In this document: positions 54,739-64,000 of the stretch, one piece after another | Layout of the letters: every line of letters starts with the position of its first letter | Numbering within the stretch: the first letter of the stretch is position 1 | Origin: the human T2T-CHM13v2.0 reference genome, Homo sapiens | Length of the DNA stretch: 64,000 bases | NCBI RefSeq assembly: GCF_009914755.1 | Contig: NC_060926.1 | Direction: 5' to 3' (one strand) | The notes under the pieces: generated by a model | The model's input: the letters and a program-made list of their open reading frames with translations, nothing else | Databases searched by the model: none | What the model was told of the DNA's origin: nothing | Program-made: the position numbers and the translations under genes

Positions 54739-56289
54739 TTTTAGGATTTCTGGTAAATTCTGGCTTTTTTTTTTTTTTTTTTTTGAGTAATGAGTTTGAG
54801 ATATAAGAAAACATAGGAAACGTTTGCCATAGATTTTATAGTTCACAAAATTTAAAGTTCCTTTTTAACTTCCCTTTCTTGTTGTTCTCATAATATTGCA
54901 TTTTTCTTACTTTGATTTAAATGTATTTAGTGCTGACAATGTGACTTGTATTACTTGATAAATGACCAATGTACATTTGCTACTTTAATAATTTGAGAGG
55001 TCATGAAGGGAGCATTCCAATGACTTTTATACTGTCAACATTGCGTTATTAGGAAGTCAATATAAACAAGTTCCTATGAAGTACACGGCCCAGGGCCTGA
55101 CACATAGTGGACACTGAGTAAATGCTGGAATGAACAAATGAACAATTGTCCTACTTCCCCGCAGTGTAATAGTTACTCTTTGAAAACTTGATTGATCCAA
55201 CTTTGAATATCTGAGAATTATCTGATTTATTGATCTTTACTATTTCTTTGCTTCTCATTCTTGTAGTCCTGAGGATGGTTGTCTCACTGGCAATTTAGCC
55301 CTTCTATTAGGAAGAGAGGAGACAAGTTAAACATAAAACTAAGTTTTCACTTTTCTCTTGTTAGTAGTACTTAATTATTTACTAGAATAGGTAGTATTAA
55401 CTTAAAAGTTCTTTGAGGGTTGATTCAGGTTCATTTATTCAAGCTGGCCTTATGATCTTCTAAATATCCTTAAAAAAAAACCAACTTTATTACCTAATCT
55501 GGAATATAAATGTATCGCAAATCAGATACTACTTTTATATCCTTCTTGCAAATTCACAGGAATTTCCAATACTCTGTTACTGCATTCTAACAAAGTTTAT
55601 TATGAGAGTTCTGAAGATACTGAATATGTTGAAATATCTTTAGTGCTTCATTTTCCAACTATTTCAGTGCAATTTCAGTGATGTTTTGTCTGTTTTTGAT
55701 GGCTGTCCTGTGCTTAGATAATGGATAAGAGTTACGGTAGATTGCCAAGCCATCTGTTTGTATCAGTCTTCACAAAGATGCTTCTTCCAAAGGAGAAAAT
55801 GGACAGAAGAGCTTAATAGTGTTTTCAGGTGGAAATTAAGAGTTCTATTCCTGTTCTGGCACTGATAGCATGCTATAGAATAATTCTGTTCTGCTCCTGC
55901 TTACTTCATGAGGATGTTGTAAGAGTTGATTTAATAACTATTTTGAGTGGCTTAAGGCACTGATAGGAAAGGTACTTTGTTAGCCACACAGGTATAGGAA
56001 GAGTATGAGTTCTGCCATAGGCATGCTGAATATCTGGGAGGAAACCCTGTTGATGACTGGGAGACATGAAATCAAAACTGAGCTCAGGGACCCAGAATAA
56101 AATTTTTAGTGGGTAGCCTAGAAGTGATCACCAGAGTATTAAGATTCTACCCACCTGCCAAATGTATGCCTATCAGGAAAGCCAAAGACAACCACTAAGG
56201 AGCTCTTGGAGCTTAGGGGAAAATCGGGAGATTGAACCCTAGTCATTTGTCCAGGGCTTCTCCGAGGCCCAGGTTTTTCCTCCTGTACT

Positions 56290-56620
56290 GTGCTGCCTGC
56301 TGACAGCTGTTGCAGTTGATAAACCAGTGAACAAAGTCTCTTCTGTACTCATGTAGCTTTCTCCTTGAGATTGGGGTAGGGAGGATTAGTAATGTATTAG
56401 GGGGTGGTGATAAGCATTAAGGTGAGAAAAGAAGCAGGGTGGGTGATAGGAGAAGTGAGGGTTTTGGAGTGGCAGGGAAGGGGGTTCATCAGGATCAGAG
56501 TCAGGTCAAGAAAGGCTTCTTAGGTGACGTGACTCAGCAGAATGAAGGAAGAGACAAAGCTGGGAGAGGGCATGCCAGGGCCTGGAACTGCAAGTGTAGA
56601 GGTAGTTGCAGGGAGGGATA
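56290..56620 (-). mobile_element. L2 remnant
   Basis: 'gtgaacaaagtctct..ctcatgtagctt', 'ggtcaagaaaggcttct', 'gcatgccagg..ggaactgcaagtg'. Confidence 0.5.
56529..56539 (+). promoter_or_regulatory. Consensus antioxidant response element / NFE2-MAF site (GTGACTCAGCA)
   Basis: Exact RTGACTCAGCA match; motif only. Confidence 0.4.
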
Positions 56621-58845
56621 GAGTGCTGCTGTCCCTGGAAGTACCGGTGTGGAGGAGGTGGGGTCTGAAATGTGCCCACCTTTCCACCAGCAGATCTGGT
56701 GAAGAAGACCATAAGTACACAGGAGGCGCATCCCTCAACTGTGAGCTTCAACAGCCCTGTTTTGAAACCTTAAGTAAAAGATTTGTAAAATAATAAGCCT
56801 GAACTTTTTCCCTCCAAGCTATACTGTGAAATGTGAATTTTAAAAAGAATGGTTGTGTAAATATGAAGAAAGTACTTTCAAATTAGATGATCAGACTGCG
56901 TTTCCTTCAGAATTGTGTTGCTTTGCTTGAACATGGCAATTGAAAGATCCCAGAAGCAAGACTGTGGACAAGTTATGCCCTGGCTTTGAGCCTCCAGTCA
57001 CCTTGCTCTGCAGTGCAGTCCTTGATGTTAAGTGGCCTTCCTCCAAGCTTTAGGAAGCCTCAGTGCAGGTTGTGGTTGAGGAGATGAAGAAGGCCTAAGA
57101 GGAGCAGCTCCTGTTTTTATAATTTTTTGTATCAGTGCTCCCTCCCAAGGGTATTTAAGTAAAGGTATTAACAAAATTAAGAATTTGGCAGACAGCTCAG
57201 TTAGACGATCACCAAGGTCCTTCTCATTTCTAAAGTTATTTGAAGCTGCTGTTTTCATTAGTCCTTAAGTATATGTTGCTACCATATAATTTGGCCACAA
57301 AAATGTTTAGATATGTGTCAAAGACCTCAGGGCTTCCTGACAGAAGTGCTTCTTGACTGATTGTGTATTTGGTACAAGGGCTTCTTTGGTGATAGTTTCT
57401 ACTCTCTTTAAATACTGTTCTGTTATTTTTGAAATCTGATCAAGAATTGACACAATAAATCTCTTTGATATTTATACTTATGCCTACTTTTAACCTTTTA
57501 GGAAAACTTTATGAATTGGAATATTCTAAAATCCTGAAATAATTTGGAATATTCTAAAATTCTGAAGAGAATATGAACGGATTGTTGGAATGGAACTTTT
57601 ACCCGATTCCCTCAGACTAGAGTGTTCATACGACATTTTGCCAAGAAGTTCCTATAGAGGCAATATCACTTTTAGGATGGATGGGTCTAAAAGGATCATA
57701 TTTAGTTTCTGGTTATTCATGGTTGCACTCACTTTAGAGGATGTGTTCCTATTAGGTTGCTGCTACTATTTGTCTCTCCTAAATAACAGTATGGAATTAT
57801 AGAAAGAAAGGTTGGGAGAATAGTCGTGTGATTCTCCTGGTCAGCATAAAGCCTGTTCCATCCAGCCACTGACTATTTTGTTCTTTCTTTTGCTTTGAAG
57901 GCCAAGATGACATTTCCATTACTTCGATGTTTTTATGTTCTATACCTCTCTCTTGCTCCATATATTTTGCAGTGGTGCAGATATATTGATCCATAAATGA
58001 CTGGTATTACATACTGAATCAAGGTACATGCATTCAACTCTAGAGAGAATTGTTTCTCGGTGTTTTTCACTATGTGACTCACCACTGTGAAGGTATGAAG
58101 ATGAGTTTATGCCGCTAATGGGGTAGCTTTGTTGTGATGTAATTTCAGTAGCTGCCCATGGCAGCTGTTAGTCGAAGGTAAATTCAAAGCCAGATGGTTT
58201 AGATATCACAGTGGTGAAGATCAACAGAGTACCGTGAAACCAGGACTCGGTCATGGCAACCTGAGACTGTTCTAGCTAACTCTTTCTAATGTGTTTCATC
58301 TGGCACTTTCCCAGTTCAGTCCCTTGCTTACCTTTCCCCATTTGAAAAACTCTGCTTTTGGAGGGAGAATGGATTACAGGTCTTGACAGAGGCTTGGACT
58401 CTTGACTTCTTGGTTTGTTTTTTTAAATTTAAAAAAGAATTTCAGTTCTTTTGTGACCATCACATTACTGAAGTTAACATTGATGTCTTGCTCAAACTTA
58501 TTTTTTTTCTCTCACACATTTCAAAAGAACCAAGTTAATACATTGAATTGAGCAGTCTGATAAGAAGGTAGTGTGGGGGGGTCTCCGGGTCCACAGAATT
58601 TCCTTGAGTGTGGATTGCTGTGTAGGAAAAGCTCTCTAAATTTTTTCTGCTGGCTGAATGTAGAGTAATGTGACCCTGTTGCTCTCCGTGGTGAGCTTTC
58701 CATAATTGAGATATTCCTGGATTCATTGCCAGGAGTGGACTTCCTTTACCTCTGCCCTGCCACAGGGTGGCTGCTGCCTTTCTCCTTTAATAAGGTATGT
58801 TCAGTTTCCCCCACTCAAAGACCATTTCATCCCTTAGACATTCTA

Positions 58846-59180
<335 letters not shown>

Positions 59181-60287
59181 GAAGAAGATGCCAGTGAAGG
59201 AAAGTTAGAAACCACTGCGTGTCCTAAGCAGTTCCTAACTCCCATGGACAATTCTAGCATGAGTTTTGTAATAGTTTATAATTGACATATAGGTAGAAAA
59301 TTGATACCAAGAAACCCAGCTGTTCCTAGAGTACTAGTAGTAACTCAGAAAGAGTAGAGAATTGTACTGTAAAATGAGCAGATTGCCTTTTCACTTTCTT
59401 TTTCTACTCCATCAAAGTGCCAGCTTGCTCCATCTTTGCTAAACGTTAGATTAAATGTCTTATTTATCATGATACCTCTGATGTTCAAAATTACATATGT
59501 TGCTGTAATTCTTATGAATTGTGAGCATACATTCTTCTGCGTAAACAGATGGTACTGTTGACACAGGCTTTATAATCCTAGTAGGCTGGACATCAAAATT
59601 TTATATTTCTACCATTACCTTAATTGTAGAGAGGTTCTGGGGTGACTGTGGAAAGTCATCTAACATGTGTTCTCTTTCTTTGCACTGCTGGGTTTCTAAA
59701 TATTTATTAATCATTATTTATACTCTGTAATGCCATACTTTATTGGTGAATGTACCATCTTTGGGAGGTCATTAGATATTCTTTAGTATCTAAGAGAAAT
59801 ATCTACCTATCAGTGAATTTCAAATTATAGTTTATGGTCTTCAGATTAATGAAAAGCAAGTTCCCACCCCCACCAAAAATTAAAATGACACAAAAATGCA
59901 TCTTGGGAACATCACAATATTTTAAACTGAGAATACTAATTTTTTGAGATTTGATTATATCACATATGACTTAGATTCTGATAGATTATGAATTTGTAAT
60001 CAGTTCAATTTTGTATACTGAAATTATCTTTGCACTCTGAATAAATGAAGTATCAAGCAAAATTTTAAGAGTAACAATATTTTAAGAGATATAAACACAG
60101 TTAAAATCTTTGAGGTATTTTACCACTCACTTTTAGAATTATCAAATGCTGCTTTGATCTTTTCATCAAATCAGAACAGATATCTATATTTTTATTGGCA
60201 ACAATAAAAACAGTCTGTGAGGAAATGAAACAATCCAGTCTTTCATTTTCTTGCTCATTTAATCTGAACAGGTGATGTTTCAGTATA

Positions 60288-60339
60288 TTGAGACATAAGA
60301 CAATCAAGACTTTTTGAGACATAAGACAATCAAGACTTT
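60288..60339. repeat. Perfect 26-bp tandem duplication
   Basis: ttgagacataagacaatcaagacttt x2. Confidence 0.95.
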
Positions 60340-60420
60340 GTTAACAGCTTTCTAGATTATTGGTGGAATTATAGCTCTGATTTATAGGGTCACATTAAAA
60401 GTACTCCTTTGTGTACACTA

Positions 60421-60789
<369 letters not shown>

Positions 60790-61894
60790 TTATTTCCTGC
60801 TAATGGAATGTAGCTTCCTTGACTTGTGGTTATTTCCCAAAATTCTTCCTTTAAGAAATTCAAAACCCTCACCTAAAAGGAAAGAAGTTACCCAAATAGG
60901 AAGATTGAAAATGAAATCTGATTCTTTCTGACATTTTTACTGCCAACTAATAAACAAAAGACTTCATTAAGGAAGCAGACTGTTCAGTGGTTCTTTGTGT
61001 CTGAATATGACTGATCTAATATATTAAACATTTTTCTGTAAATGTAGCAGTATAGTGCCAGTTTCTATTTTCAACTCCTCAAATAGTAGAATCAGTTCTG
61101 TCAGCAGGCATTTTATTAAATGCCTCAGAACATGTGTTAGACATCATAGAAAATACAAACATAGAAGACAGGGATCTTGGTCTTATTAAATTTAAATCTA
61201 AAAAGATGTGGGAGCATTTTAAAGAGCAAATACAAGTGGGTGAAAATGAGCATTGCGTGTTGCTAAGACTTGAACTAGATTGGTTGGACTAGAGGAGTGA
61301 GTCATCGAAAAAAGGCAATTTCAGAACACATTAATGAATGTCTTCTTAAGGATGAGGCACTTGCAAAGTGCCTGTGTGTCAAAGGAAGAAATGATTTGGT
61401 GATTCAAGTGGTAGTGGAGTTGTTTGACACTTGCTTGTGGGCTTTGAAATGATAAGAAGAGCAGGGCTGGAGTTCCAGGAGGGCTGGGCCAGATTGGGCT
61501 GGTGGGGTGGGGTGAGTCCACTTCCCCTGCCCAGGCAGCTGATGGAAGGCATGAGAATAGACCTATTCTAAGGCAGCTATGTTGAAAGGGAACTGCTTTC
61601 AGCAAGAATGCCCACTGTGCCCCCCATTTGGGGACAAGCAGATGCAGAGGGACCCCTTCCAAATTTACACCTAGATTTTGCCCGAGATTTCTTTAGTGAT
61701 TGATCTCTACCACTGCATCTGCTCTACTTTTCTGTCACCATTCCTCATTCTTCAAAGTGCAGCTCAATTCCTGTTGTGCCAGACCACAGAGTGGTAGGGG
61801 AAGGCCTCTGTGAGCCTGAGTATGGTGAAGGAGGAACCCTGGAGAGAGCTGGGCAGGAGGGAGCATGCAGAGCTCTGCCGAAACTCACGTCAGG

Positions 61895-62258
<364 letters not shown>

Positions 62259-64000
62259 TTATTTGAATCCTATAATTTACCATTACTACAAAACAAATGT
62301 TCTATCCTTTGGAAGAAATTAGTAAATGGGAGAATTTTCTTTAACTTTGAAAAATTTAATCTAGTATTTAACTGATGTACTATATTTGCTCAATTAACTG
62401 TCACCTGACTTAATTTCCTTCTAGAAAACAGTGACAAATTGTATTTATCAGAGAGAGAAAGGGAGAGCCCTGCTAACCAATTAGGAATAAATTTTCAAAA
62501 TTAAACATTTTTGATTTGCAGTTTTATTTTTGTACAAGCTTTCATGTAGAATATGATTATTTACCTTCCTCTGACTATGAAATGGCATTTAAATTTTACA
62601 CATGAAGTAGAAGCACATGCAAACACAGGCTAGTCATGAAAGATACCCTACTCTGAATCAGCCCATTGGGTGTTTAAGAAAAAAAAAATGCTGAGTAAAC
62701 CATTTTGTCCTCAAAATGGGTAGTATTAAAGCCAGCAAGAATGGTATGGCATGAATCATAACTCAGTTTTTTAAAGTGTTATGGTATATCTTGTCTAGAG
62801 AGTATTTCTGGTTGCTTAGAGCATATTTGAAGATAATTCTATTACATATGCATTTGGATGCAGCTATGCTCTTGGGATGACTGGACTAGAAACACACAAA
62901 CTATTATTATTTTAATGAGGCAGGCTTTATTTTAAAATATACAAAATTGGAATAATTGCCTAAGTTATTTCTATATATCATTTGGAATACTAAACTCGTA
63001 TATCTTGGTTCTTGGATTTGAAATTGCACTTTAGGTGAAATGGAAATAAACTGCCATGAAAACAAAATCTGTAAACAGATTATTAGACATAGACAATATC
63101 TCAGAATTAAGGCATTGTTTTGGAAAAGGTGATTTAAACCCATGAATATTGAAAGAAGAGAGATTAACATGCTTGTGGTGGTGATACAGTGCATGAGCAC
63201 AGCCATTGCACAGCAGTGGTAGAGAGTTGTGGAACGGTTGGCATGTGCAACATTCTCAGCCAGCTCTGTCAATTAGAGCAGATTCTGACTGACAAACTGT
63301 GGTGTGCCCATGTGGCATGGAACACTTACTCCAACAGCTGTCCCACTGTACACTTGTGAATCAACATGTAACTGTTTTCATCATGTTCTAAAGTGACTAA
63401 TAGATGTATATTACCCATCATGACCAACCTTTTGATTTGTATAGGTTGATATTAACCCTTTCTTAAATTTTTGAATTGGAATAATCAGCTAGCTTATTGT
63501 CTGTGGAGAACAACCACCAGTACTGACAAGACCTCCCTAAAGTCACATCACAGAACTTTGAAGTCACTGCAGTCCTGAGCCTGTCCTCAGTTTTACAGTT
63601 CTCAGAACCTGGAGTAATATATAAACCAGAACACAAATTTATTAATTCATAATTATCAAAATGTCCATATTTGCCAAGTACACTTCTCCTTTCTAGGATC
63701 AGGTGACTGTTGCCATTGTGAACTTAGAATCTTGTCAAAGGTGAAGATGTGTTTGCAAGAAGAGTTCATCTCAGGACCATCTCTGTCCCTGAGAGCAAAG
63801 ATCCTTCTTGTAATCTCACTTGTTTTTACTTCTCTGGGGAGGGCAGGAATCTGGGTTTTCCTTTTCTGTGTTTCATACTAACTATCCTCTTCTCTAATTA
63901 TGACAGCAATCACATGTGATAAGTCATAATCATAATCTGATTTTGGTCTACATGTTAAGAGTCTGTTCCTTGATGATAGGTTAGAGCTCTTGGGGGATAC

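Overview
This is primate, very probably human, genomic DNA: it is rich in Alu, L1, L2 and MIR repeats and carries a young AluYb8-lineage element. A CpG-island promoter (~7.4-9.2 kb) has phased CCAAT boxes, a CRE and GC boxes. It drives a + strand, apparently non-coding first exon (donor at 8023/8024, two uORFs), followed by >55 kb of intron-like sequence. I found no recognisable coding exon and could not name the host gene. None of the six-frame ORFs looks like a real CDS. The most unusual structure is a ~0.5 kb inverted duplication that I could not assign to any repeat family (21281-21769 vs 25439-25993, 3.7 kb spacer). Its 290-bp core is ~99% identical while its edges are diverged, it contains a candidate exon in one arm, and it appears to interrupt an L2. 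Other notable items are a tailless 5S pseudogene nested in L1 and split by an Alu, an orphan TPRT-type insertion, an AluYb8-like element with an extra duplication, a 5' splice site locked in a hairpin, and a perfect NRF2 ARE. Repeat subfamily calls and identities are by eye, and boundaries are approximate.
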